NCBI GenBank assembly: GCA_016748015.1
Contig: JAAOMT010000261.1
Coordinates: 509,008 to 573,007 of the forward strand
DNA from: Geosiphon pyriformis uo1
Taxonomy: Eukaryota > Fungi > Glomeromycota
Reading direction: 5' to 3'
Length of the DNA: 64,000 nt
In this document: positions 36,427-50,400 of the stretch, in pieces
Numbering within the stretch: the stretch's first letter is position 1
Layout of the letters: every line of letters begins with the position of its first letter
Translations under genes and position numbers: made by a program
Notes under the pieces: model-generated
The model's input: only the letters and a program-made list of their open reading frames with translations
The model's database searches: none
What the model was told of the DNA's origin: nothing

Positions 36427-37409
36427 TGTTACCAGACAAAATTAGAGATATTATTTAGCATGAAATTATCTTATAAATCTTATCATTAATTAGCATATAT
36501 TATCATTTCAAATTATTACTTATTACATTAGCAAAATGTCCGAAATTATCATTTAATTAATAATCCAATTTGTACACAACACAAATGTAACCTAATTGTG
36601 ATGATCAAATCATGCAATATCCCGAACTATGTAATATTCAAAAGTTTGCCGAAATTTGTAGAAATTCACTGAAATAATTGATAGTTCACTGAAATATCTA
36701 ATAGTTTGCAGAAATAACTTGTAGTTCGCCAAAATGTATCTTTAGTTCAGCGAAATTGTAGAAAATAGCAAAGTTCAAATTCATAGAATAGTGTTATGAC
36801 AAGTTGTATAAAAGAAGAGCATCTCTCTTCAAGAAAATGTATCTTACTTTAGATTTATCTCTTAAAACCGTTCCTATACACACAAAAAGAAATAAATATT
36901 AAATAATTCGAAAAAACCAAATTCTTTAATTATTGTACTTGGAAAATTCCCAAAACCCAACTAACATTTTGAAATTGATTAGCTACCAATTTCAGTAAAC
37001 TGTTAGTGATTCCAGGCCTGAATAGAAAACATTTCTCTTGATAAAAAATCCTATTTCTTTTACATTTCTTTTATTTTTCTTTTCTTTTCTTATTACAATC
37101 ATTAGGGTAGCCTACAGACAAGATTTCTGTAGAAGAGTTAACTTTCACAGCAAAGTAACTACACATTTTTAGTGAGCTTCCAGATGAGCAATTCCTGGGA
37201 AAGAGTTGACATTTACTACAACATAATTACATAAAGCAACTGGCATGGAATTGGCCATTCCACTCATAAGCCCAGCAAGTTCAAATTATAGGAGATAATT
37301 TGAAGATAAATTCAGTTACTGGAGGCCCAACTACTTCCTGAAAATGTGAATTCACAACAAATCAACATTAACAACATTTAAGAAAAGAGACCAAAAACCT
37401 CCAGTAACA
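36427..37409 (+). repeat. 3' LTR of D
   Basis: Direct repeat of 27601-28582. Confidence 0.94.
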
Positions 37410-37413
37410 CCAT

Positions 37414-38172
37414 CTACACCATCTTCAACAAGTGTTTAAAAGGTTGAGAAGAGCAGGATTAAAGTTGAATGCAAACAAATGTTTTTTCAGAAAAACAAAA
37501 CTCAAGTTTTTGGGATATGTTGTAAGCAAAGATGGTATCAAAATGGATCCAGACAAGATCACAATAGTAAAGAAATTTCTAATACCAAACAATTTGATGG
37601 AATTAAGAGTATTTTTGAGATTTGCAGGCTATTATCATCATTTTATTAAGAACTTTTCTAAACTGGCTCAGCCACTCCATCATTTACAAACTAAGAATGT
37701 AAAGTATGAGTGGACAGAAACTCAACAAAAAGTGTTCAACACACTGAGAAGAAAGCTTATTTAAGCTCCAGTGTTGATGTATCCAGATTACAGCAAACTA
37801 TTCATCATTACCACCGATGTATCAGACCAAGCACTGGAAGCAGTACTATTACAGAAAAGACCAGATAGAAGAGAACATCCAGTAGTTTATACCAGTAAAA
37901 GCTTAAGTCCAGCAGAAAAAAACTATGGAACTCCAGCACTGAAACACTTAGCTATCTATTGGGCTGTTACCAAATAGAAAGAATACTTGAGCCAAAAGTT
38001 TGATGTGTATACTAACCACAAAAGATTAACTTCAATTCAAAAGCAAAAATTTGGAGACAATTGTTATACAAAATAGAAAATAGCACTATTACTATATATA
38101 TTTACAATACATTATAAAAAAGGAAAAGACAATGGAAATGCCAATGGTTTGTTACAAATAAGACAAATCTAA
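37414..38172 (+). pseudogene. gag-pol: Element A RT C-half and RNase H
   Basis: AGLKLNANKC, FLGYVVS, TTDVS, EKNYG; stop at 38170-38172. Confidence 0.9.
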
Positions 38173-38203
38173 AAACATTTTAAACCCAAAATTATAACAA
38201 AAT

Positions 38204-39580
38204 ATGAATATACAAAAATACCAACAATTCCAACATTATATAAATACCCAATTGTTCAAGGAGAAATTATCTCAAAAAAAACAAAACAACATAAAACAAC
38301 AATCAAAATATTTTAACAATTACCAAAATATACTTTACTGAAAAAACAAAAAGAATCCAGATCAACCAACCAGAGTAATCACAGAACCAGAAAAAGAGAC
38401 AATACTATTCAACATACACTCAGATCCAACAGCAGGACATTTCCACAAAGAAGCAACCATTAAAAGAACCAGAAAAAGATACTATTGACCATTTATGTAT
38501 CCAGACATCATCTAATATGTTCAAAATTGTAATGTTTGTCAGAAAAAAGGAGAAACAAAACCTAGTGAACCATTAAGACCAATTAAAATAAGACAACTAT
38601 TTGATTACATTGGAATTAACTTAGTCAGATTATTAACAATAACCAGCAGAGGCAACAGATATATTGCAGTAGCTATGGACTATTTTACAAAATGGCCAAA
38701 AGCAAAAGCCATTCAAAGAGCAGATGCAGAATCTGTTGCTGAATTCATTCATTAAGATTTGATCTGTTAACATGGATGTCCAAAAGAACTACTATCAGAT
38801 CAAGAAACTCACTTTGTGAATAGAACATTAGAAGAATTAAGTCAAAGATTTGGGATAAAAAAACCATTATCATCACCATATTATCCACAAACAAATGGGC
38901 TAATTGAAAGGTTTAACAGAACATTGTGTAAAGCCATTGCCAAAATCAGCCAAGAAAACCAGGACGAATGGGACTTAATTATACCATCAGTATTATTTGC
39001 TTATTGGACAATGAAGCAAGACACTACACAAACAACACCATTTGAATTAGTATATGGTAGAACAGCAACATTACTAGTTGAAGTAAAAGTCAACATTTAT
39101 TTAACAGAACCAATAATTAAAGACAATTTTCAAGAAATGTTGCTAAAAAAAACATATGACTTGATGGAAACTCTAGAAAACAAATGACGAAAAGCAGTTG
39201 ATAACATCCAAAAGTCACAAGAAAAACAAAAAGAAAGGCATGATAACCAACTACTGAATAAACCAGTTGAATTTAAGATTGGAGACAAAGTACTTCTATA
39301 TTGTACCAAAGTGGAAAAACAATGGAGTAGAAAATTTGACCCCAAATGGGACGGACTATTTCACATAAAAGAAATTTTTGAAAATGGAGCTTATAAATTA
39401 AGATGGGACAACAAAATCTTAACCAAAGCAGTACATGGTAATTAACTGAAACCATATCACCATATAGTGTTACCATTTACTAGTAATATTTTACAATTAG
39501 GAGTACAGAGAATACTAATGCAATCAGATGAGATTTCACAAGATCTGGAACCAATCATAATTATTAGACCAAACATGTAA
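38204..39580 (+). pseudogene. Element A integrase (separate ORF)
   Basis: HSDPTAGHF, CNVCQ, LSDQETHF, PQTNGLIERFNRTL, KWDGLF, QDLEPIIII. Confidence 0.9.
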
Positions 39581-39642
39581 AATTGAACAATAAAAAAAAA
39601 GTATATAAAAACATGATAGACATGACAAAAGACATCAGAAAA

Positions 39643-40178
39643 ATAGAAATTACTGACAACATTCATTTACTAGCACAACAACTTTTCCAATTAATCTAAC
39701 AATGGGATATGAAAATTATCATTAATTAATAAACCATTAGATATAAAGATACCAGAAAAATATCTCAATACAAAGTACAAAAGAAAATGGAAAATGCTGT
39801 TGATAAAATAATTTTAAAAGTAAAATTGGCAATAAAGGAGCCAACAAATGTCACTACATATCAAGAAGTGACTAAAGAAACTTGGATGTGGTGGATACAA
39901 CAATACTACAACAATTTGAGAAATTTATGGGAAAGAACAATCTAACAACACAAACAAGAACCATCTATCGATTACATGCTGGATTTCAAGACCAACCAGA
40001 AATCTTACTTAATCCAGTAATGAACACTATCACTATTAACCAGATGGGAAAAATAATTAATGTCTAATTTGGAGAGTTACAGAACAAGATAACACAAATA
40101 ATACTTGAAAAAGAAGTCCAAAAAATACTCAACAACAGAGAATTAGAATTAAGAGATCTTAACAGAGCTCAATATTAA
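39643..40178 (+). pseudogene. Element A ORF3
   Basis: Start probably decayed ATG>ATA (E has ATG here); TRTIYRLHAGFQDQP...DLNRAQY*. Confidence 0.68.
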
Positions 40179-40191
40179 AAAAAAAGAATAA

Positions 40192-41054
40192 TGTTACTCA
40201 TAAAATATAGAAAGTATATTAGCATATAAATTAGTCAATCAGAAGTAGCCATAATCAATGTAGAATTCCAAAATTCCTCTCAAGAAAAATTGTAAGATTC
40301 CAGAAATTTCAGAATTCTTGTATAAGAAATTCCAGGATTCCTCTTAAAAAAAATTGCAGGATTCCAAGAATTCCAGAATTCCTGGTGTAAAAAATTGAGG
40401 AATTGAGAAATCTCAATTATGTATATATAGTGGTAGTACTAGAAGTAAAAAAAGACAGACCTCCCAGTTTAGTTTTAATTTAAGCAACTATTTATTTACA
40501 AATATCAATAAATAATTATTCTTTATCTCCAATCCATTCTTTACTATCAACACTTTATGTTGATAGTAATTGATACTTAACTATACTGGAACAATAGCTC
40601 TTGATTATGGCTATTGACAGAATACTAACTTACAATTGTTTTTGTTTAAATTCTTTATCTTTTTTATTTTCTTTTATTTTCTTTTATTTTTCTTTTATTG
40701 CTGTTGTATTTTTTTTTGGTTAATTAATTGATTAAAGATTAAAGTACTGAGTTACAGACATTATAGTAACTGGTAAAAAACCTGTAAAACAAGGGTAAAA
40801 CACTTATAGATTTGAGGATAGCTTACTAGGAGAATTACTGGCCACCATGCTAAGAAAAAAATTTGATAGAATTGCGATTCCGGGAGACTACTAAAACAAC
40901 TATTAAATCTCTGTCCATTATACAAAGAACTCAACAAAAACTTTTAGATACAAACAACTTTCAGATTACTAATACCACCATCGCAAATAGCTTCTAAGCA
41001 CCAAGTTATGGGTTTTGTTATTTGATTTGAGACCCAAAATAATTATTTGTAATA
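40192..41054 (+). repeat. 3' LTR of A
   Basis: Direct repeat of 1559-2379 with more U3 repeat units; end mutated to GTAATA. Confidence 0.92.
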
Positions 41055-42224
41055 CTGTCCCATTTGGGGTCAAATTTTCCACTCCATTGTTTTTTCATTT
41101 TGATACAATATAGCAGTACTTTGTTTCCAATCTTGAATTCAACTAGTTTTTCTAGTAGTTGGTTATCATGTCTTTCTTTTTGTTTTTCTTGTGACTTTTG
41201 TATGTTATCAGCTGCTTTTTGCCTTTTGTTTTCTAGTGTTTCTATTAAGTCATATGTTTTTTTTAACAATGTTTTTTGGAAATTTTCTTCTGTTATTGGT
41301 TCTGTTGGATATGTTCATACTTCTATCTTAACTGATAATATTGCTGTTTTATTGTATACTAATTTGAATGGTGTTGCTTGTGTAGTGTCTTGCTTTATTG
41401 TCTAATAAGCAAATAATACTAATGGTATAATCAAGTCCCATTTGTCCTGGTTTTCTTAACTGATTTTGGCAATGGCTTCACACAATGTTCTATTATACTT
41501 TTCAACTAACCTATTTGTTTGTGAATGGTATAGTAATAATAATAGTCTTTTTATTCTGAATTTTTGACTTAATTCTGCCAATGTTCTATTTACAAAGTGA
41601 GTTCTTTGATTTGATAGTAGTTTTTTTGGACATCCATGTCAACAGATCAAATCTTGATGAACAAATTCAGCAACAGATTCTGCATCTGCTCTTTGAATGG
41701 CTTTTGCTTCTGGCCATTTTGTGAGATAATCTATGGCTACTGCAATATATCTGTTGTCTCTGCTGGTAATTGTTAATGATCCAACTAAGTCAATTCTAAT
41801 ACAATTAAATGATTGTTCTACTTTGATTGGTCTTAATAGTTTGCTGGGTTTTGTTTCACTTCTTTTTTAACAAGCATCACAATTTTGAACATATTGAATA
41901 ATATCTAGATACATTGATGGCCAATAGTATCTGTTTCTGGTTTTTTCTATGGTTGCTTCTTTGTAAAAATGTTCTGCTGTTAGATCTGAGTGCATGTTGA
42001 ATAATATTGTCTCTTTCTCCAGTTCTGTAATTACTCTGGTTGGTTGATTTGAATTTTTTTTGTTCTTCTGGTAAAGTATATTTTGATTGTTGATAAAATA
42101 TTTTGATTGTTGATAAAATATTTTGATTGTTGTTTTATGTTGTTTGTTTTTTTTGAGATAATTTTTCCTTGAACAATTGGGTATTTATATAATATTAAAG
42201 TTGTTAGTATTTTTGTATATTCAT
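41055..42224 (-). pseudogene. Element E integrase, N-terminal and core part
   Basis: Inverted homolog of A 38204-39350; ATG at 42224; ~20-bp tandem duplication near 42080-42130. Confidence 0.88.
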
Positions 42225-42254
42225 GTTTTGTTATATTTTTGGGTTAAAATGTTT

Positions 42255-44432
42255 TTAGATTTGTTTTATTTATGACAATCCATCAGCATTTCCATTTTTT
42301 TTTCTTTTTTTATAATGTACTGTATAATTAAAAAGTGAAAGTTCTATTTTCTATCTAGCATGGCAATTGTTTGCAAATTTTTGTTTCTGAATTGAAGTCA
42401 GTTTTTTGTGATCCATATATACTTCAAACTTTTGGGTCAAGTATTCTTTCTATTTTATGACTGCCCAATAGATTGCTAAGTGTTCTAATGCTGGTGTTCC
42501 ATAGTTCTTTTCTGCTGAACTCAAGCTATAGCTGGCGTATGCTACCAGATGTTCTCTTCCATTTGATTATTTTTGTGATAATACTGCTCCCAATGCTTAA
42601 TCTGATGTATCTGTGGTAATGATGAATGGTTTGCTGTAATCTGAATACATCAATACTGGAGCTTGAATAAGTTTTCTTCTCAATATATCAAAAGCTTTTT
42701 GTTAAGCTTCTGTCTATTTGTATTTTACATTTTTGGTTTGCAGTTGGTGAAATGGTTAAGCCAGTTTAGAAAAGTCTTTGATAAAGCAGCAATAATAGCC
42801 TGCAAATCCCAAAAATGCTCTCAGTTCTATCAAGTTGGTTGGTACTGGAAAGTTTTTTACTATTGCAATTTTATCTAGATCCATTTTAATGCTATCTTTG
42901 TTTATAACATGTCCCAAAAATTTGAGTTCAGTTTTGCCAAAAAAGTATTTGTTGGCATTTAGTTTCAATTCTGCTTGTTTGAGTCTTTCAAATACTTGTT
43001 GGAGATGATGTAGATAATCATCAAATGTTTTTGAGAACACATTGGTATTATCCAAATATATGACTACTGATTTCTATAGCAGTCTAGTATAGACAATTTC
43101 TATAAGTTTCTAGAAAATGGCTGGAGTATTCATCAAGCCAAATGGCATAACTTTGAATTCAAAATTTTTTTTTCGTGTTGTGAATGCAGTTTTTTCTTTA
43201 TCTTTCAGTTTCATAGCTACTTGCCAGTAACTACTGTCTAAGTCTAATGTTGAGAACCATTTTTTTTCTCCAAAAGCATCAAAAAGTTCTTGGATTTTTG
43301 GAGTTGAATAGCTATTTCCTTTTGTTACTCCATTCAGTTTCCGGTAATCCACACAGAAGTGGATTTTTTCATTTTTCTTATGGACTAGTACTATAGGTAA
43401 TAACCATGGACTCATTGATGACTGAATTAGCCTGTTGTCAAACATTTGATTGATTTTTTGATGAATTATCTCATCACTGGCTGGTGGTACTTTGTATGCT
43501 CTCTGTTTAATTAGCATTGTATCTCCAGTCTTGATTTGATGTTGGATGATGTTAGTTCTGCCAAATTTGTTTTTGCTGGCAAAGATGTCATTGAAGTTGT
43601 TGAGTAATATCTTGAGTTGTATATGTTGTAGTAAGTCTAGATTTCCTAAGTTCATCTGTTCTAATTGTTCTGGTTAGAGCAGATAACATTCTCCTCATCT
43701 GTATATGATTTGAGATGTAATATCTACATATCCACACAGTTGTGAAAAGTCTGAAATGGTGTTTGGAAGTTGGTCTTCAATTTCTGTGGTCAAATATCCA
43801 ATGATGATTCCTTCTGGTATCTTAATGATGTTTCCTGTATTGTTGTAAATGGGAATTTTGATGTAACTGTGGTTTTTCACTGGTATGTGTAGATTGACTA
43901 ATCCAATTTTTTCTGATTCACACAGTGTTGCTTCTGTCTCAAAAATCTGAATCTGATCTTTCACTTTTTTCTCTATAACTACTATGTACTGGTTATATGG
44001 TAGAATAGAAATTAGTTGACAAGTGAAAATAATTTCTCTTTTGTCAATAACCTCTTCTTCTGCCATGTTGACTGGTATATCTATTCTACCCATTGATCTG
44101 AATTCTTGTATCTCTCTTGCTGTTATCCTTAATTTTTCTCTGTTTCCCACTGATACTAATTGAGCTATTTTAACCAGAGGCAGGAATATTGCCTATGCTA
44201 TCTTTTCATTTGGATCTATGATATATGCCTTTTCTGAGTCATTTTGTAACATAACAATAATATTTTCTATATATTCTGAGTCAATTATTCCTCCCCTAAT
44301 GTTGATTCTTTTTTTGGCTAAGCTACTTCTAGATGTTAACTGAACTATTGTTGTTGCTGAAATTTCTAATGCTATTTTGAAATCAATGCAGGTGTGTAAA
44401 TGGGGTTCCAATTTAATGGAATCTTTTCCTGG
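42255..44432 (-). pseudogene. gag-pol: Element E dUTPase C-part, RT and RNase H
   Basis: SRSSLAKK, GGIIDSEY, FCVDYRKLN, MPFGLMNTPA, NADGLS. Confidence 0.9.
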
Positions 44433-47411
44433 TGTTACCAGGTGAAAGCTACGGATTTGTAACTTCTTAGCAATGACAATAACTTTTACATGGAACACAC
44501 ATTACCATGATTATACTACTGACTATAGCATATTATGGGTGCATGGACTATTTTAATAGGTGGAAGAGCAAAAAAAGTATGTAATAAGATCATTAAAAGT
44601 GAAAGAAGTATTGTCATTATTATTTGCTTTTGGGCAAAACCAGTCTTAGATATTTGAAAAGAGGAAAGAAAAGTCACATCTCTTTATATGTATCAGAAGC
44701 ACAATTAGCAACAAAGAGAAACCAAAACTACTTAAGAAAATTGTAACCAGAATTTTTTCAATTAGTCGTCAAAAGGGTGTGGTGTTCAAATACCCACTTT
44801 GAAAACAAAGTTATAGAAATTATAAAAGAAATTATGAAAGTCAAACATAACTGAAATAGATTTTGCTTAAACTTTTTATTGTTGAGACCACTTTCTAATA
44901 ATGTGATACTTTATTACTTATTTTTATATTTAACAACTTGTTCAGTAAAACAAGACTTAATATGAAATGGTAATAACACATGATTTGAAAGATCAGAAGT
45001 AATAGAACAACTTGAAATGATGATAACAAGTAAGTAAAAAATTATAAACAACATGATTCCAAATAGTAATAAGGAATATGAAAAAAACATACTTGAGATT
45101 GTGATAACAAGTATTTAGAGCATAGAAAAAGGGGAGAGAGTGTGTAAAAAATAGAGAAGAAGACTAACTGCTCACTATAAAACTATAGCAAAAAGTTGGC
45201 TCAGTATTGAACTGATGCTTTTCTGAGCTGACAGAAGGGCTGTATATATAGTTAAATTACATTAAATCTACATACTATATTAAAACTATTTAAAATACAT
45301 CAATTATTTATATATATTAATTTAATCAATTCATGATAAGCTTACTCAGCCTGTTATTTTCTCAGAGCTAGTGATTTTTAGATGATCAGATTTAGATGGC
45401 TGAATTTAGAATATTAATTGTAAATCAATGATACCAATTGTAATTATAATCAATGTAATCAAAAATAGATCAATTAATTATATTTCTTGATAACTACTTT
45501 TAATCATTGATCGCAGATCTGAAATGTTAGATTGTTCCAATAAGAACATATGAGAATTTTGGAGTATAACAAAACCTGTTGTTATCAGATTACATGCAAC
45601 AATTATTCATTTTCATTGGTGTTTCTTAGTTTGCCAAGATTTCTTTGTATCCAACTTAGTTAAACTGTTGGATTGTGCCATATTTCTTTGTCATAATTGG
45701 ATTGATTGCTGATCATTTATTTTCAAATTGCTGGCTGATTTTGTTAATTAAGTGTGATGATGTAGGTCTTTTTTGCATGATTTTAATATTAATTTTCATT
45801 GTATGTGTTGTAATTTTTGCATTGAAAAGTGTGAAAATCTTCTGGTAATATTTTCTCCATCTTTGAAAAATGAGCTTCTGCAAATTGTTAAATTTTTCTT
45901 CTTTTCTAGGGAAAATCAAAGTTTTCTGAGATATCTAAAGGTTATTAAAATGTTCATAGTTGTCTTCATACTGACAACAAAAGGCACCATATGTTACTGG
46001 GTGAAAGCTACAGATTTGTAATTTCTTAGCAATAACAATAACTTTCACTTAGAACACATATTACCATGATTATGCTACTGATTATAGTATATTATGGGTG
46101 TATAAACTATTTTAGTAAGTGGGAAAGCAAAAAGAGTACATAATAAGGTCATTAAAAGTGAAAGAAGTATTGTCATTATTATTTGTTTTTGGGCAAGAAC
46201 CAGTCTTAGGTATTTGAAAAGAGAAAAGAGATGTCATATCTCTTTATTTGTATTAGAAGCACAATTAGCAACAAAAAGAAACCAAAACTACTTAAAAAAA
46301 TTGTAACCAGAATTCTTTCAATTAGTCATCAAAAGAGTTTGGTGTTCAAATGTCCATTTTGAAAACAAAAGTTATAGAAATTATAAAAGAAATTATGAAA
46401 GTCAAACATAACTGAAATAGATTTTGCTTAAACTTTTTATTGTTGAAACCACTTTCTAACAATGTGATACTTTATTACTTATTTTTATATTTAACAACTT
46501 ATTTAATAAAACAAGCTTTAATGTGAAATAGTGATAACACATGATTTGAAAGATTGGAAGTAATAGAACAACTTGAAATGATAATAACAAGTAAGTAAAA
46601 AATTATAAACAACATGATTCCAAATAGTGATAAGGAATATGGGAAAAACATACTTGAGATTGTGATAACAAGTATTTAGAGCATAGAAAAAGGGGAGAGA
46701 GTGTGTAAAAAATAGAGAAGAAAACTAACTGCTCACTATAAAACTATAGCAAAAAGTTGGCTCAGTATTGAACTGATGCTTTTCTGAGCTGACAGAAGGG
46801 CTGTATATATAGTTAAATTACATCAAATCTATATACTATATTAAAACTATTTAAAATACATCAATTATTTATATATATTAATTTAATCAATTCATGATAA
46901 GCTTACTCAGCCTGTTATTTTCTCAGAGCTAGTGATTTTTAGATGATCAGATTTAGATGGCTGAATTTAGAATATTAATTGTAAATCAATGATACTAATT
47001 GTAATTATAATCAACGTAATCAGAAGTAGATCAATTGATTATATTTCTTGATAACTACTTTTAACCATTGATTGCAGATCTGAAATGTTAGATTGTTCCA
47101 ATAAGAACATATGAAAATTTTGGAGCATAACAAAATCTGTTGTTATTAGATTACATGCAACAATTATTCATTTCCATTGGTGTTTCTTAGTTTGCCAAGA
47201 TTTCTTTGTATCCAACTTAGTTAAACTGTTGGATTGTGCCATATTTTTTTGTCATAATTGGATTAATTGCTGATCATTTATTTTCAAATTGCTGGCTGAT
47301 TTTGTTAATTAAGTGCAATGATGTAGGTCTTTTTCGCATGATTTTAATGTTAATTTTCATTGTATGTGTTGTAATTTTTGCATTAAAAAGTGTGAAAATC
47401 TTTCAGTAACA
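44433..47411 (-). mobile_element. Non-autonomous LTR element F: two ~1.42-kb LTRs around a 141-bp internal region
   Basis: LTRs 44433-45850 and 45992-47411; minus-strand PBS TATGGTGCCTTT and PPT AAAGATGGAGAAAA; TSD CTGG/CCAG (both derivable from CCGG); inserted in the E dUTPase. Confidence 0.9.
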
Positions 47412-50400
47412 CCAGATATCTCAGGTCAAACCCTGCATTAATGTTATGCACCCATTCTGGCATAATACCTTCATTATTATCACTGAACTATTTGAGTTCC
47501 TGTTCTTTGGTGAGATCAGAGAGTGCAATATATGTTTTAGGATTTGAATCTGAGTCTGAATCATTGTTATTTTTGTTGCTATACTGAGTAGAGCTGGAAT
47601 CATTGTTTTCATTGTCATTATTGTCAGAGTTTGAATTGGGATTGAAATTTGATTCCAATTCTGATTCACAGCTGCTGATTGGTTCTTCTTTTTCTGGAAT
47701 CATGTAGATTATACATGATGGTAGATTGTAAATGAGGTCACACTCATTACAATATTGGAAGTCACAGAGAATTAAGCAATGTTAACATAATTGAGTATTC
47801 AACTGCTCTAAATGCTGCTCCTGTTCTTCTTTAGTGAATGCTAATTCTTGGTAGTATTTATGAAATTGTTCTGGGTCTAGTAGATTTATAACTGGTTCTG
47901 GGTTCCAGTCAAGTTCTATAGGTTCTGGTGGGTTGTTTTTAATTCTTTTTATTTCTTCTGGTAACACTCCTTCAATTTTAGCAAGAGCCATTCACCAAAT
48001 TTTATTGTTATTGTGTGAACATTTGTTCAAGCGTTTGACTGTTCATCTCTAAGCAGCATCTATAGGTGTTCCTCTTCTTACCTAGTCATTTATGAGAATC
48101 ATGTACTGACATGATTTGTCATATGTTTTTTCTCTCCCAGGAATGTTGTTCCACATTTTTTCATCAAAAAAAGTTTTTCTACAAGCCAAGCATGACTCAT
48201 TATCCTATTTTTCAACTCATTTTGGTTTTCCAAAGCATTTAATGAGGCATGAGTGGCAATAAAACTTAGTTGCTGTCTGGTATTCCTTGTTATTGCCACA
48301 ACATGCACCCATTGATAACAATTTCTTACTGTAATTGATGCATACTAGTTTTGGATGGCAGTAGTTAGATGGTTGTGATAGAATATATGTGTATAGGATA
48401 TAAATAGCAGTAGTAGTAAATATTGGTTTTTTTTCCTTTTCCCTTCCTTTTTCTTTGGTATTTTCTTTCCACTCCCAATTTAATAGTTCCTCCTGGTTAT
48501 TGTTGGTTCTCCAGGCTTGGTTGGAATTCCAGGTATTTTTTTCTTTTTGCTTACCTTTTCCCTTATTTTTTCATGAGAGTATTAGTGGCAACTTATTGTG
48601 ATTTTCATCAGTCCAAGAGACTTGATATGCTTCCCAGGTAGGTTTTTCCTTTTCTTCCTCTAGCTTAATCAATGGTCTGTCTCTCAAAAGAGCTTTGAAG
48701 TGTCCATACATGGCTGGAACTTGTATGTGTTGACTATTTTGGCTGAATTGTAATTCCTGAATGGTCCAGTTGAGTATAGTGTTGGTTTTAAACAACCAGT
48801 TATTACCAACTAAAGCTTGGTATTGTGTGGCTTCCATGACTAATATCTTGACTGGTACAATGATACTATTGACTTCAATGGATAAGTTATCTATTTCACC
48901 AATTAAAGTCTTAGTGGTTCCATCAGTGATAATTATCCTTGCATTGGTAGTTTGATCAACTCAGCAACTTAATTGGTCTATAAGCTGTCTTGTGATGATG
49001 CTGCCAGCTGATCCACTATCTAGGATCAGTTTAATGGAATAACCATTAATTTTGACATTAGTGTACATTGCCATAATGGGTTTTTCTTTAAGTGCAGCTC
49101 CACTAAACAAAGAGGTTTCTAACAGTTCCTTAATTTCGAAAGAAAATATAGCTGCAAGTGACTCATCTTTCATAATGGTAGCTAGTGGTATGTTGCTGGT
49201 AAGTGATTTCTGGTTTGTTTCCAAGTTGTTGAATGGAGCATTTTCTGGGGTAATCAGGAGACTTAAATAGTTTTAGAAACTTGGGTTTTGAGTATACCCA
49301 GTTTCTGAACTCCACTGGCATGATCCTAATGGCTGGTTAAATGAATTGGGAATCAGTTGGTAAACAACTATTACTGATCTCTAGTTTTGGGTGACTCTTG
49401 ATTTAAGGTTTTCTAATATCATCTGAGCTGGGTTTAATGGCAGTGTTTGAACTGCAGGTGTCTGATAAATTATTTGTGGCTGCAGTAATTGATATATTAT
49501 CTGTGGCTGTGGTTGATAAACTGGAAGTTAATATATAGGTGGTTGATATATTGCTTGTTGCATTATTGGCAGATAAGTAGACTGATATTGTTTTTGATTT
49601 GAGTAATGATTCAGGATTTAAACTCTGCAATCAGGGTTTTGGTATTAATTTCCTGATCATAAATTACTATAAAAATAGCAGTTAGCTCTAATGTGACCTT
49701 GTTTACTATAGTTGTGACAGACTTGTATCTCTGGCTGTCATGGCTGATTGGATAATGATGATGAGGGATATGACTGATTTTGGAAATAATTCATGTTTCC
49801 TGAATTATTGTGTCATTGTGGTGGTTGATAAATTATGTGATTGTTATCTAAGTATCTCTCTAATTTCTGATTAATTGAATCACTGAGTTGCTTTAATTTA
49901 GAATCCAAGTCAGATAATCCATTTATTACTAGATTTACAGCTTGGGCATGATTTGCTTCGAGTTTAACTGCTTCAAAATCTCTGGCATTTGTAACTGTGG
50001 CTTAAAGGTCTGCTGGATGCATTAGATGTATGCATTGAAAGATGCTACTGCACAGACTTTTAATGAATTGATTCAGGATTTGTGGCACTGTAAAATAGTC
50101 AGCTTGAATTGCTTAAATTTGGTGCAAATTCTTGTGGAAACATCCCAAGTAAGTAGTAATTGCTTCAATTTCTCCCTGTTTGATTGTAGTGAAAATATTG
50201 GCTAGATGATTAATACTGTTATTATTACTGAAATATTCCAAGAATACAATTTTAAATTCCTAAAATGTTTGAGATTTGGTAGCTAAACTTTGATATCATG
50301 AGTTGGCAGTATCCTGTAAGAAATAGGGGATAGCTTAGAAAGCTTTTGCGTCATTCCATCTATTGGCTATGATAGTCTTTTTAACATTGTTGAGCCATAT

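Larger units (their letters stand above)
27601..37409 (+). mobile_element. Full-length Ty3/Gypsy element D (9809 bp)
   Basis: LTRs 27601-28582 and 36427-37409; perfect TSD CCAT; PBS TTTGGTGCTCTCCC; PPT AAGAAGGAGG; host RT rejoins as KTFDDH|LHHLQQV. Confidence 0.95.
1559..41054 (+). mobile_element. Ty3/Gypsy LTR retrotransposon A (~9.9 kb reconstituted), interrupted by B, C and D
   Basis: LTRs 1559-2379 and 40192-41054; TSD CTAT/CTGT; PBS, PPT; frames rejoin across all three inserts. Confidence 0.92.

Noticed and set aside
42080-42130. 20-bp tandem repeat in the E integrase
   Set aside because: A private slippage duplication absent from A; it only disrupts the frame.
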